From assembly GCA_964187785.1 (NCBI GenBank), contig OZ076409.1, forward strand, positions 48,238,001 through 48,302,000: DNA of 64,000 nt. The letters are read 5' to 3'. The notes below the pieces were generated by a model, which searched no databases, had not been told where the DNA came from, and saw nothing but the letters and a program-made list of their open reading frames with translations. This DNA is from Amphiscolops sp. MND2022. Lineage: Eukaryota. A program made the translations under genes and the position numbers. Position 1 is the first letter of the stretch; each line of letters starts with the position of its first letter. This document shows, piece after piece, positions 11,831 through 25,040 of this stretch.

Positions 11831-14800
11831 CCCGCCGTGTATCATTCAGTTACTGGAAATTTTGAACGAAATTTTTCACTCTCGAAATTATCCACCGATG
11901 GACCACCATCAAGCGTCAAATTTTGGTCCATTGATGGCCATGGGTGGTCCACCGGTGGCCACCGCTGGATTGCTCTGGAGTGTCAGTATCTGGAGTGTCA
12001 GTCTGGATTGCTCGGTGGTCATTCCTTTGAAATTAAAGAACTGCTTGAACGATATATATTCAAAATGCATTTGGAAATATTGCTTGAAAACGAAAACAAC
12101 CCAAATGATGTAGCATTCGTAAAATTAAAGTCAAAACCAAACATGTAATCTAAATAATTGAAGACCTTGAGCTCTCTATAATCAAGTATAGCCTGATCCA
12201 TCGATGCAGATTCTCATCACATGGTAGAGATAAGACTAGATGGCTTGTTTGTTGGTAATCTGACAATCAACTTTCATTTTTGAGAAGCCCGCTTCAGGTA
12301 ATTAGATTACAGAATTGGCCTACCTTGTAGATTGGAAACCAACCGTAAATAAATTCACACAAACAGTTCTGGTTGGTATCAGTTTTCGAATTTGAGCAAG
12401 TTAACAGTCATGGTAGGAGTTACGTGCGGTGGCGAGCTAATATTGAAGATACATTTACATGTAACAACAAGTTGATAATTCTTCTCTTTCTGTTCAGAGA
12501 AGCGTTTTTTTCAGTCCACGAGCAACAACAAACAGCTAGAACAGTTTACAGCTGGGCCACACCAGAAACACAAGGTCAGCAGTCAGACTCAGCTACATTT
12601 CTCAGCTAAGGTCAGGTCAAGCTAAGTTACAATCCTAACAACTCAAACCTTCCAAGGTCAAGAGTACGTCGTGTCAAATCATAACCTGACCCTGACCACG
12701 ATCAATGTATTGTATCACATGGCCTTCGAAAATGTTATTTTTTGGTTCATTGTTTTCATAATATTCATCGGAAAACTCCTCGCTTATTTCAGAAAAGGGC
12801 ATAGATTTAAAAAAGATTTGGACCACTTGAAAATTCCAAGGAATACTTTTCCGGGCAAAAAATCATCTGGGACTAAAACGGTTTTCATGGCAACGTATAA
12901 CGAAAATATTGGAAGTATATTAGTTTTTTACTAACTTTTAATGAAGCCCACACAATGAATGAATACACTGATCTGACCTGTAGCCCTGTAACCCTCGTGT
13001 GACTCGACGGAGACAACTAATGATGAACAAACAAATAACAGAAACAATCAGAATGAAGTGTTAGCGGAGGAGGAAGCGCAATTGACATTCAATCATTTTC
13101 AGCTAACTTTTTACTTTTACGTAGAAGAGAGGCGGCGAGTACCTGCGTTTCTCCTGCTTTTTCGCAACCCTGTATTCGAATATTGAAAACAATTGATCTG
13201 CGAGTACTTGCTTGACGATATTTGAAGGAAACCCGATATAAAGACGCATCCTTCGTTCATTCTCGACAATCAAAAGTAGCTACATCTATAATCAAATATT
13301 AAAATCCCATCGCTTAGATTTCTTTTAAACTGATAGAAACTCTGGTCATTCTTTGTATCGGGATTCCAGATCACCACATCAGAGGCATACAGTAAGCCAA
13401 TAGGGTCAATTGTTGAAATCCACGGCTTTCTTCGTTTTCTTCTTCAAAATTGCAGAGGAATGAATAAGAAATTCGAATTATGATGTAATTTAGATATGAT
13501 TACATAAATGATGCAAAATGTAGAATGATGATGGAGGTTGATGCTGGAAGAAGTAGGTTGGGAAAATGTTTGATTCCCACTTTTTGCATTTGATGTGACA
13601 GGTTAATGATGGGTTGCAAGTTGTGCAATATGTTACGTAATATTGCATAATTACTTGACTCTTGATTGGCAGTTGAGCTGTGGGTAAGACGAGGATGAAC
13701 AAAAAAGACATGAAAAGAGCTAATGACAAAAATGAATCTCAGCTAGTTAGTTAGTACTTGATTAGTATCTAAAACCCGCAAACAATTTCAGCATTCAGCC
13801 AAAATTGGAATCTTTACTGCTTGCAAACTCTTGATTTTGAGTAGCAATACAAAAATCTTTACTTGTATATCGCTAAAATGATATACGGAGTAAATGTTTG
13901 AGATGTTACACCAACTAGCAGTCTCTAAAAGAACTGATATCCAATGGAATTTGTAATCAATTGAAAAAAATGTCCATCGTATTTTAGTGCCGATTTACAT
14001 GAAGTTGCAGGCAGTGTCAATTCGGTGGAGTTGAAAAACATGTGATGATGAGAATAATACAAAGACTAGGACGATGACTAAACTATGTCGAGCCGATTCA
14101 ATCGATGGTGATGATAAGCAGACATCTGATCAGACGCGATTAAGTGAATGTTGAACACAGAGAGTAGTGGTTGAGATGCCTATTGTATTGTTAGTTGCCT
14201 AGCAGTACAGGGCCAAAATGCTTCGTCGGGTGATTTGGATGGAGCACAGCGGAAAAAAGCCAACTCGAGAGTGTCAAACTTCCTTCTTTGCAGAAATATT
14301 GCAAACTGACCTTTCAAGTGACACAAAAGGAAATTCAAAATTCCATGTAAAAAGTTCTATGTAGTTTCAACTTTTTCAAAAAACAGTGACCAAGACTTCA
14401 TGACCAATTATAACAATGCGTCGTTTTTTATGGGTTAAAAAGACTTAACGGACGGGTTAAAAGGTAAAATACTCCTAGTCAGTTGAATGGTTAATAAGTT
14501 GCCAAAAAACGGGAAAGAACGTCATAAAAATTCCAAAGAACGGGCGGTATTGCGACACTTATGTGAGCGAACTTCCTTCCACTGGCTTTTTTCACCCGGT
14601 TTTCGAAGCCGAGCAAGCGTAGTAGAGGTTAGTGTATTCTATTAGTAGTAATATTGTACTAATTAGTAAGGAATGATTTTAGTAGTACAGGTAGTAGATT
14701 AGGGGACATCCGTCATTTGAGAGGTTAGTTTTGGGTTTAAAAGAAAAATCACAAGCTGATTGACATTTGTTGAATGTTTTTCGACATGAACATTCGGCTG

Positions 14801-17800
14801 AAAAGAAGACTAAGAAACAATCGACAGAGACCAACTCACACGTAATATGGAATCGAATCCAATGCCAGATTGTCTTGACACAGTCGTTGCAATGAATGGT
14901 TTGTAGTATCGCCAATTCTCAATGTGAAGACCAATACAATTCGACTGAACAAAAAATGACCATGAAATTCAAACCTGGCATTCAATTTAATCCAATCAAC
15001 CAACCAACATCGACCCCATACAAACTATTCACTTATTTTTAGCTGTTCTCATGAACACATGATCTAAAATTATTTAAAGAATGATGCTATGTTATGGTAA
15101 AGTACACAAGTCAAGGGGGCAAATAATTTGTACCGGGATTTTATTTGGTTTGGCTCTAGGAGTGAAATGATATCTGAAACGTTTTCTGGTTCCAGCGTTT
15201 TTCCACACATCCAAAGTACCAGCTAACATCTACAACATGAGACCACGACTGAACTGAACAGATTCAAACTCAGACAGAGACTTAGACGACCAAACAGCCA
15301 CACCAGCGAGCAGCAGTCAACTGATGACACTCAGATCATAACTTTTACTACTTTCAATTATGAAAACCACTCCCCCTCCCCCAAACTAACTTCTACTTTT
15401 TTGTTTTTTTTTGCGTTTAAGTTGGAAGTGCTTTGGTAAACGTTCAATTCGAAGTTTGATTTTTTTTGGTCTTTTGTAGATACTCTAGTTTCTAAATAGC
15501 TAGAGCGTTTGCTTCTTTTTTTGCCTTTTTTTATTCAGGGTGCATGGTATCGATGAGTATAGTTGCAACAATCAAAATGAGTGAAAGTAATGTAGTATTA
15601 TTAACTAGTAGAAGAGGAAGATAGGATAGATGGCTATGGACATGCAGACACGTTTTCTGTTCAACGTGCCTTTTAACAATAGCTGACGATCAAGTGAAAT
15701 CAATTGAGTTGTTTGTTAACCAACCAACAAGAAAACATGCTAGAGACTTTCATGCCATCTCTGTCTAAACTTTTTGTCCTATGACACTGATTGAATTACA
15801 GTCAATGCTTAACTGAATTCTACAGTTGACAAACATCTTTCATGCAAGAGCTTTCATTGCAAGTACGCAGATTAGTTTAAACAATTCTATAAAAACCGAG
15901 GCACTATTTTTTTCGATAAACAGGACAAAAAAGTTAGCAAGAAACAACATGAAAGCTAGCGCAACATCCACGAAGGGCAGATGAAAAGGATCAAAGTATG
16001 AATGGAAGAGAAAACTGAGCCAGCTGACCAAAACTAGTGTGAAGTTATTCCATTTACCAAACAAGGAGCTTTGAGCCCAAACCGGGCAACACGGTGCAAG
16101 ATTACCGTAGTGACCAAAAGCGACTCACTCCAGTCGTATTTTTACCTAGGCCCAAGTTGATTGAATTCTTCTGGGAACATGTTCATGGAGTCTTCAGGGT
16201 TTTTCATCAAAAGTAAATCCTATACATAGAGAATACGTCGGAACAGGTTATAGTCATGTCCGCTTCTAATTATTCTTTGAGTTTCAATCTTTCGCATTTG
16301 ATTTTTTTCAACTTTTGAGGTCAATAATTGAATTGCAACTGCCGAAAATTGAACAAAAACAGACAAGACAAGAGGTTGCGATGTGATGACTCAGAAGAGG
16401 ACTGAATGACTGCGCTAGTTCGCATGACTAATTCACGTACTAGGTGCACTTTGAAGTTAGTGAGAAACAGAATGTCGCTATAACGAAACAATCCGAGACG
16501 TGATCTTGTATGGCGAAATACAATCGACACGATTCACGATTAAAAAACAGACGTGCTCAGGTGTTGTAAGTTGTTTTTTAACTCATCTTCGCAAAGGTGG
16601 AGTGGAATATTTTTTAAAGCTAGACAAGGGCGATAGACTAATAACAGCATCTTTGAAACAGCACACTGAAAATTTCTGATACAATGTTGAAAAATTAGAA
16701 GCAAATATATTAAGGAAAGGGTGAATACTGAATAAATAGAAGGGGACAATAATATAGAAAGCCAAGGCATAGATATGGAAGGCAGGTGATAACGAAGGAA
16801 AAGCTGGTCGATCGACAGCAAATCATCAACTCTACTCCCAAGCCTCGAACTCTTCAAAGCGAGACAACAAACCGACATGAACATCCTGGGCTACTATAAA
16901 ATACTATAAAATACACGCATCCAGGAAAACTTTACTCCCATGACTCAACCCGGGTGCGACGTAAAACAATTGAAAACATTAAAAAAAGAATGTAAGGGCA
17001 TGCAATAACCACGGGCATGAGTCACATGATTCGAAGTAAAAAGGCGGATGTGTTCGCATTACGGAGGTCGGGCAGGTGATGAATGGTTGTTGGTAGTTGC
17101 TAGGAGAGAGTTGTTGCTGTTTTTCAATCTTTGGTTTATCTTTGGCAAGCAGCATCATGCTCAAACCTCAAGTCGTATTTTGTTCGACCGGAACAACCAC
17201 AAGAAACCACACAGAATCTGTGACTGATTACTAACTGATAGCTAGAGGACATTTTCAATGAACAGATGCGGTAGAACAAAAAAGGACTCCTTTTTGAGTC
17301 CCCCTTAACAGGCAAATCTATCAGCAAAAAATCCATCAGGGCTTGAGTGTGGACATCTTGAGAGGAAGTGAAGCGTAGAACAACGACTCCTTTCTGAGGC
17401 AGCATTCGAAATTGCTTGATTGTACAATACGCATCAATTTCAATCATTCGTGGTATTCATTCAATTAGAGCAATCATATTTAGCAGGAATTTATTTGGCC
17501 ATTCAGCACGTTCAAGATAAAGCAGTAGTTTGTGGTTAATTGATGAGATATGTAAAATATAGAAATGCATTAAAAATATAGCATAAAACTGACTGAACAG
17601 ATAAAAAGGAGTAAAAAGAATAAGTACGTAGGAAAGAAATTGAAAGTTGAAACGAGGCAAATTTGGGCAGCAGAAAATAAATACGCATCAGGAAAGGATG
17701 AAATAACTGGTTATTTTATGACAAAAAGGCAAAAAAACAGCGTTAATAAATTAGTATATATCCAGAGGCGAAACATCGATGCTGTTAAAAAGTCATTGCA

Positions 17801-20800
17801 TGCCGGCTTGTCAGCTTTTAATCGTGTAACAATTGCAGAGGAAGTTTAAAATTTGAAAAGCTTGAGAACAACAGACGTGAAGATATCAGGCACAGGTCCG
17901 TTTCAAATTGTGTAACACTGATGATATTGTTTATTCGTGCCGTTGAAAGTGAGAGCGAATAATGAGGAAGAGGTGATCAAGCGAATGATGAGGAAGAGGA
18001 GATTTGTGTTAGTCAATTGAGGCTGTGCTACCTCTTAATTGGAAAAAGGTGGTGAAAAGCTGTTTCTTTGCTATTGTTTGGGAAAGGAAATGTTGAGGTC
18101 TGCTCCAATTACGACAGCGCTGAAAGGATGATTTTCTGCTCCACCAATTTCTGCTGACTGATGGTTGCGGTAGCCCAAGGTGCACGTAGAAAATGTTAGG
18201 ATAGGTGGGCGGGTAAGGATTGAGAGGAATGGGTAGTAGCTGAGTGCTCTTGCGTTGATACACTAGGCTGAAAAAGCTGTGTCTCTAATGCACATGTACG
18301 TGTGTTACTCAAGGAGAAGTGCTACTTAGAAGGGGCAAGCAAAAACGGTCACCGCCCTGAGTGTAAATTGCAACAAACACAATAAGGGTAAAAGGTGACA
18401 AAATGAGCGCTGTTTGAATTGGCAAAGACTGCAAGATGAAGACAGATTATAGAATGCCAGCCGCTCACATCAGAAAAAGTTAGTTAAGTTGCGGTGAGCG
18501 GGGGATTACTTGTGATTCGATTATTCTCCATCTTCGCCTCCCGTGGAGCGAGCGGGTGGGAAGGTCAAAAGCGGATAAGCGGGCGGTAACACTGCGAGGA
18601 AAGTAGACAAATCTATTTAAGGACAAACAAAGACTGTACGTCAGATTGAAGCTCATTAGACAAAAGATGATTTCGATTTTCAACAAGAATAAAAAAGGAA
18701 GCTTTGGAACAGGCGCTCAAATTGGATCTCATTAGAGAAATGCGAAGAAAAGAAAGAGCAAGACAAGGTAGGGTAATGAGAAATGAGGAAACAAGAGTCG
18801 TTGCTCTAATTTGGTTACCCTCCCATCTTTAACATGGAGGGACACTCTCCTCCACTGTGGGGAAAATTGAGGTGATTAAACAAATCTACGGGACGTCTAA
18901 CTTTACCAGAAAAACAAAATTGGACATGTATAAAGGAGAGGATTAAAAGCGAAAGTAATCAAAGTAGAAGCAAAAACATGATTAGCATCACTGAGCATCA
19001 AAAAACATTAAACATGGATGCAACGTGGCAGATAGATCTAAACGTAGACAAAGTACTGAAATGAATCATCAAAAGTGTGGTAATGAAAATTCCAAAGACT
19101 GATTGTTCAGAGGCACAAAGTTTTTAGTTTGACTACGCAAACTGTTATAAACGGCAAAAAACGATGCCTATATCAACACATGCATTCATGATAGTTCCCG
19201 CGTCTCTGTCAAATACCAACTTTGTTAGGGCCAGTGGGCAACATTCAACCTAAACCAATCGAAAACACTCCGAAGAATTTATATTTCTAACAGTGAAAGA
19301 TCTGATGCATGCAAATTTGTTCCCATTTCCCGGGAAATTTTCCAAATGATATAAATAAATATGGTTGTTCACATCGATTGGACAAACAGTCTATCAATCG
19401 AAAGGAAAAACAGTAAAGTACATGTAGTTTGAGAAGTGAACTGATGTTACATAATTGTGCAGTTGTTACATGATACTATAAGTGGTGACGAAGAATGATA
19501 ACACAGCGAAGAATGGGTAGGGTGGGCAGGCTGGTAGAAGTACTAATGTCGAAAGAAGGGTTGAAGGTTACGGTAATTTATACAATTCATTTTTTGCTAA
19601 TGAGTTTTGCTTTGACGAATACAACTATTACTGGAATCACATTTAAGTCGAGACTACAAAAGGGTTATTTCGAAAAATGAGATGAGAAAATTACTATGAA
19701 CGCAGCACGCAACACAGCACATTAGAATATTCGAACACTAGTCTAGCTAATGATTTGGGCAGAAAAGGAGACACTTGAGCACCAAGGCACCAATGAACCA
19801 AGCCCGCAGAGAGTTGTTGCTATTGAAAAACCATTAACCAACGTTTAACCACCACAAAATCACAAGCATGAAGCAACAATTGAGTTATTACAAACAATAT
19901 CACTACATATACAACCTGTATCACAATCTAAAAACTGAAATGTGGGTTGAATTGAATGAACAACTAGCAGTTCACATGACAAAACAGCAGCAGGTCAAAA
20001 TGATGACGTCACTCACAAATACTGAGATGCAAGAAAGCGACGAAAGTTTATTTGAAGAGTGAAAAAGAAACGGAAATCAGTTTGAGATGCTCAAAGTGTG
20101 CTATTAAATGAAAGGGCGAGTGACCACGTCACAACACAAAAAGTACAGGTAATATTAGGAATGAAAACGTCTCAATCCACAGGGTAATAATAAATGATAA
20201 AGAATAACCACTTCCAATAATTGGGTTGCAATCATAACGTAAGAAATGTAATGTGATTAGATAATGTGACACAGTAAATAATCAGATGAAGTTAGTTAAT
20301 AACGATATGCCTCGGCAAAACGTCTAACAATGAAGAATCACAAGAAAAACCAGGCGAATATGAAGACAAAGCGATTCAAGCTGAAGGAAGATATTGCTCA
20401 GGGATCTGTGTCAACAAAGCAAGCATAAGAATTTACTTCATATTACATATCCCCGATCCGATGAATGGCGCGTCGAAGTAGTTGCCACTGAAGGCACCAG
20501 CAGTTGGCTCCAAAATGTCAATTGGATAAGTTATAAAATCAGAGATCGGTTGGCTCAGATGCGTATCATTGTGATCGGTTGTTTCACGACCAATCAATGT
20601 GCAGATGGAGAATGTAACGACAACAGAAATGAAGGGAAAGAAAACATGAAGCAAACTTTTCTAATAAATAATGGTGATCTTTCTCCTTTTTGGTGGTCAC
20701 AAGTTCGGAAGTGCAGGAAAAGCTAACTCAATGAAACACGGTTATAGCACATTAATTACGTAACTCGAATCCGCAATTCAAGATTACTAATGATCCAGCA

Positions 20801-21569
20801 GATTCAAGTCAATCGAATAAAACGGACAAAAACAGCTTTGGTCGTTTGCATGGAAGTTAGTGGTGTTGGTAACTGGGGGTTCGTCGTTTTTCAGTTTACT
20901 TCTTTGACAAAACTTATGGAGCGCGGCTTTGAAGAGATTTTGGTGCTCTTTGAGTTAGTTCAAACAGGCTTTCAAGAAAAGCAGCGGTAAACAAAAAAGG
21001 AAAAGATTAAATCTAACGCAGAGTACTGAAACTGCAAACTTTACGATCTATAGTAGTACTATAACGAGTGCAAAAACATGTATAATTATGTATGGTAGAT
21101 CTCTAAAGAATTGAATGGAACGAGATAATAGAAGATTGTATGATAATAGCAATGAAAGAATGAAGGAGAGATCAGATCAGTAGAACTGAGCAGTTTGTGC
21201 CCATAACAACAAAAACAAAACAGACAAGCAGGAGCAGTAAACAAAAACAACAACTAAATATGTAACTAAGCTTCACGACGAAGATGAATGCGTATCATGT
21301 TTCAACGCCGTGGACATGGGTGAGAGATTTGAGAGCAGGATTGTCCAATTGACCAACACCACATCAGTGAAAGACCACAATGATTGGTTTCTTTTCTACT
21401 GTGTCATCCAATGCAAAGTTTTAGAAATCGACTGATTGGGGTACACTGATCTCAAATTCTTCTGTTTGCTCACTGGAAATTCATTTAACCTGAAAGCAAA
21501 AGAATGCAATTAACTTTCTTGAGCTGAGAAATGTTGAGAATTCAGAATTTTGAGAAAATAACTATGATC

Positions 21570-22820
21570 AACAAGACGAGAACGTCTAAAGTCGGCGCCA
21601 TATCTAAGGCTCAAAAAGCGCAACAATTTTATTTGGAAAAAAATTGAATTTTTTTTCTTTAAAAAAAAGTCGCATAGTGCCGAAAAATGTAAAAGGGGGG
21701 ACCCTTCTGGATTTATTAACATACATTCCGTTGCAAAATATCGAAAAGCTCGAAGGGGGGACCCTTTGGGGACATTAAAAAATTTTTTGAAAAAAAGTCG
21801 CACAGTGCCGAAAAAAATCCAAAGGGGGGACCTTTGAGGCACGTCCGGTATTGTAGGTCACGCTAAAAAAAGTAAAAAATGAAAGGGGGACCCTTTGGAG
21901 ACAAAAAAAAATCGGAAAAGAAGTCGCACAGTGCCAAAAAAAAATCCAAAGGGGGAGGGACCCTATAGGCACGTCCGGATGTGTGTTTCCTTGAGAAAGT
22001 AAAAAATGAAAGGGTGACCCTTTGGACTAAGTTTGCAAGTTTGCCTGGGCCGGACTTGGCCTTAGTTGGTTTCAGGATTGTTTCTAAAAAATGGACCGAT
22101 CAATGTGAGGATTGTAGTCTGAAGAAACAAGACGAGAACGTCTAAAGTCGGCGCTATATCTAAGGCTTAAAAAGCGCAAAACATTTTTTTCGAAAAAAAC
22201 TTGAAATTTTCGAAAAAAAAATTTAAGGAAAATGTCGCACAGTGCCGAAAAAAATCAAAAGGGGGGACCCTTTAGCCTCGGCGGTTTTGTAGGTTACGTT
22301 AAAAAAGTAAAAATTGAAAAGGGGGACCCCTTGGAGACAAAAAAATGTTCGAAAAAAAGTCGCACAGTGCCGAAAAAAAAATCGAAATGGGGGACTCTTT
22401 AGTCCCGTCCGGTTTTGTAGGTTACCTTGAGAAAGTAAAAAATGAAAGGGGGACCCTTTGGGATTTTTCAACATCCGTTCTGTCGGAAAACTCCAAAAAA
22501 CTGAAGGGGGGAGGGACCCTTTGGAAAAAAAAATTTTTCGAAAATACTCTAAGTCCCTTTGAGTTTCTTAGATGATGTAAAAATACTACTTCGCAAGCTT
22601 TTAAAGTATTTTATTTAAATTGCTAAGTAAGAATTGTAAGATTTTAAGATTGTAAGAATTGTAAGAAAAGTGGACCGATCAGTGTGAGGATTGTAGTCTG
22701 AAAAAAAAGGTCACTGCTATAGTCGGGAATTTTTCCTTAAAAGGAAAACGCGCCGACTAAAAAAAGGTCAATGCTATAGTCGGACATTCTTCCTTGAAAG
22801 AATAAAGCGCCGACTAAAAA
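21570..22820 (-). mobile_element. Two nested Helentron/HINE-like elements with internal GGGGGACCCTT satellite
   Basis: Subterminal inverted repeats AGTCGGCGC (21590) / GCGCCGACT (22750, 22807). The latter are each paired with a nearby TAGTCGG. A short hairpin AGACG-agaa-CGTCT lies next to the ACAAG end. Ends sit in A/T runs with no TSD. A second ACAAG start is at 22126. Confidence 0.7.
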
Positions 22821-23318
22821 CACACATAGCTATACCAGTTCTGCACTAAGCGATTGCACTGCATCATGAAACAGCATTGGCAAAGCAATCGCGTCACATA
22901 CGGTGTATTTTCTTTTTAAAAAACTGGAATAATGATCACATTAAACTGTCGGGTTATGAAGCACATTGAAGACCAAATTCCAAATAAAATAACAGTTTAT
23001 AACCCCCCAACTCCGCCCACAGAGCGCCTTTTCCGATATTTTCAACATATGTTCACAGAAGATGAATTATTTAGCAACATTCGGAGTGAGTTGTTACAGT
23101 ATAATTGCTACAGGCTTTGTTGCATGGAGCCCAACTGGTGGCCATCTGATACACGTGAATGAAATTTCACTGAAAACATTGCTAGGTATGCATAGCAATC
23201 CTTATCTACAACATGGGAATAGAAATGTGTCCACAGTAATGTCTCTAAGTCAGGTACAGTCATTAACAGTGTAGGTTATTTTAGTACGCACATGTGTTGA
23301 AATATACGTTACATAATA

Positions 23319-23490
23319 CAGTGGATCCCGGATATCATCGACGTCAGGGAACGGCAGTGGTGTTTCTTATAATCGAACTTTCTTATATCCGGGTTTTAAA
23401 AGGAATGAAATTGCCAGTCGGGACAAAGATGCCCATTAACTATCAACGTGTATTTCTTATAAGCGAGTGTCTTATATCCGGGATCCAATG
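23319..23490. mobile_element. Tc1/mariner/pogo-type MITE (172 bp), TA TSD
   Basis: TA|CAGTGGATCCCGGATAT ... ATATCCGGGATCCAATG|TA; TIRs match at 16/17 positions. Confidence 0.85.
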
Positions 23491-24029
23491 TACACTTTTA
23501 TATACAGAAATCTGCATTTTTCTATAAAATCTTTTTTCAGAGCTAAACTGGGTCCGAAAACTTTCTGATAAGGCAAAATTGGTGATACATCAAAAATATC
23601 TTTTTTATTCAGATAAACTAAATTATTTTAATAAAAGACTGAAATTTTGGTATAGCAACACGTATTACAATCGGCATTCTATACTAAATGGTTGTCTATA
23701 CCCAGGGGTGTTCAATATTTTATTCGAATATTATTATTGCCTAAAAATGAATTTTATTTTCAGGGTGGAAGAAATAGATAATTATTTTTTTGCTAAAACA
23801 ATTATTTTATTCTCAGCGAAAAACGGATATCAACATTTTTTAAAAAAATTGCGACTCAAAGTTCACTTGACTGTTTTTTGCAGTGATCTCTCATGACACG
23901 TTTTGCTTTGCTAAAAAGTCGTTACCCATTGTTAGAAGTTGATGGTATCCAAGATTGATTGAGAATATGGTTAACAATTTAATTGGCTGACGATACGTTC
24001 AATTAAACACTTTTACTTTTAGTTACACC

Positions 24030-25040
24030 CAGTTTTTTACACAGAGGCGAAGCCGTGCTCCGCGAACACTTGCGAAGAAAGTTGCGAACTTTTGAAGAAA
24101 ATCAAATAAGAAATATCATACGGAGAACCAAGCGTAAAGGGAAATTGTTGAAACTTCATCATTTTTACAGCGCCAAAAAAAATACCCGAAGGGATACGCA
24201 TAGATCTCGAAAACCATTCTTCTCCAACTGGAAACAGCAAAAAAACATCTTTCTTAACCGAAAACATTTTTTTCAAAAAAAACAGAAAATTAAAGAAAAA
24301 AATTCGACATTTTCGAAAAATTTTTTAAATGAAGGTCTCCGGTAAATCGCACAGTGCCGAAAACCTTGAGCAGTTCTTTATGCTCGCAAAATGTTTCGTT
24401 TCTAGTAAAAATTGAGGGGAGCTTCGATGAAAACAAGTTAGAAAAGTCTCATAAAAAACACCGGTCTTTGCAAAAAAAACAAAAATCGGACATAGCGTGC
24501 TGGGTCTAATTTTAAGACAAAAATTATTCATTTTGAAAAATCTCACAATGCCGAAAACTGTAAAGGGGGGCCTTTCAGATTTTTTAACATCCATTCTGTT
24601 GCAAAATTTCAAAAAAAATCGAATGGGAACCCTCGAGACTTTGGAAACTTTTCGAAAAAAAAACAAAAATTGAGAATTTTTAACAGTCTCATAGTGCCGA
24701 AAAATCTGAAAGAAGGGACCCTTTGGGATTTTGTAACATTCGTTCTGTTGCAAAAAATATTAAAAAATGAAGGGAGGATCCTTTGGGGATATTGAATAAC
24801 TTTCGAAAAAAAGTCTCACAAAGCCGAAGAAAGGGGGTAGTCTCATAGTGCCGAAAAAGTGAAACTTCTGCTTCGGAATATTTGTAATAAAAATTGGCGC
24901 ATACGCACGGGTTCGAACACGGACCCTCTGGGTTGAAAGGCAAGCATCTTACGACTAGACCACGAACGCCTGAACTATGCGACTTGCGGGCTGAAACAGA
25001 GTTGTCGCGCGGAAAAAAAAGCACCCGCACTTTCCCATGA
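24030..25040. mobile_element. Non-autonomous repeat of the GTGCCGAAAA/GGGACCC satellite family containing a tRNA-derived segment
   Basis: Same internal units as 21570-22820. Similar sequence occurs inverted at ~55500-55830 (e.g. aatgaaggtctccggtaa vs ttaccggagaccttcatt). Confidence 0.6.
24895..24970 (-). pseudogene. tRNA-derived sequence (Glu-TTC-like pseudo-tRNA / SINE-type head)
   Basis: The minus strand reads GGCGTTCGTGGTCTAGTCGTAAGATGCTTGCCTTTCAACCCAGAGGGTCCGTGTTCGAACCCGTGCGTATGCGCCA: A-box-like TGGTCTAGTCG, B-box GTTCGAACC and a CTTTCAA anticodon-like loop. The anticodon stem does not pair. Confidence 0.6.

Noticed and set aside
24895..24970. Functional tRNA-Glu gene
   Set aside because: The anticodon stem (CTTGC/CCCAG) does not pair, the acceptor and T stems are imperfect, and it lies within a repeat.
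21510..25030. Many Phe/Lys-rich short ORFs
   Set aside because: Translations of A/T-run satellite units in non-autonomous elements.
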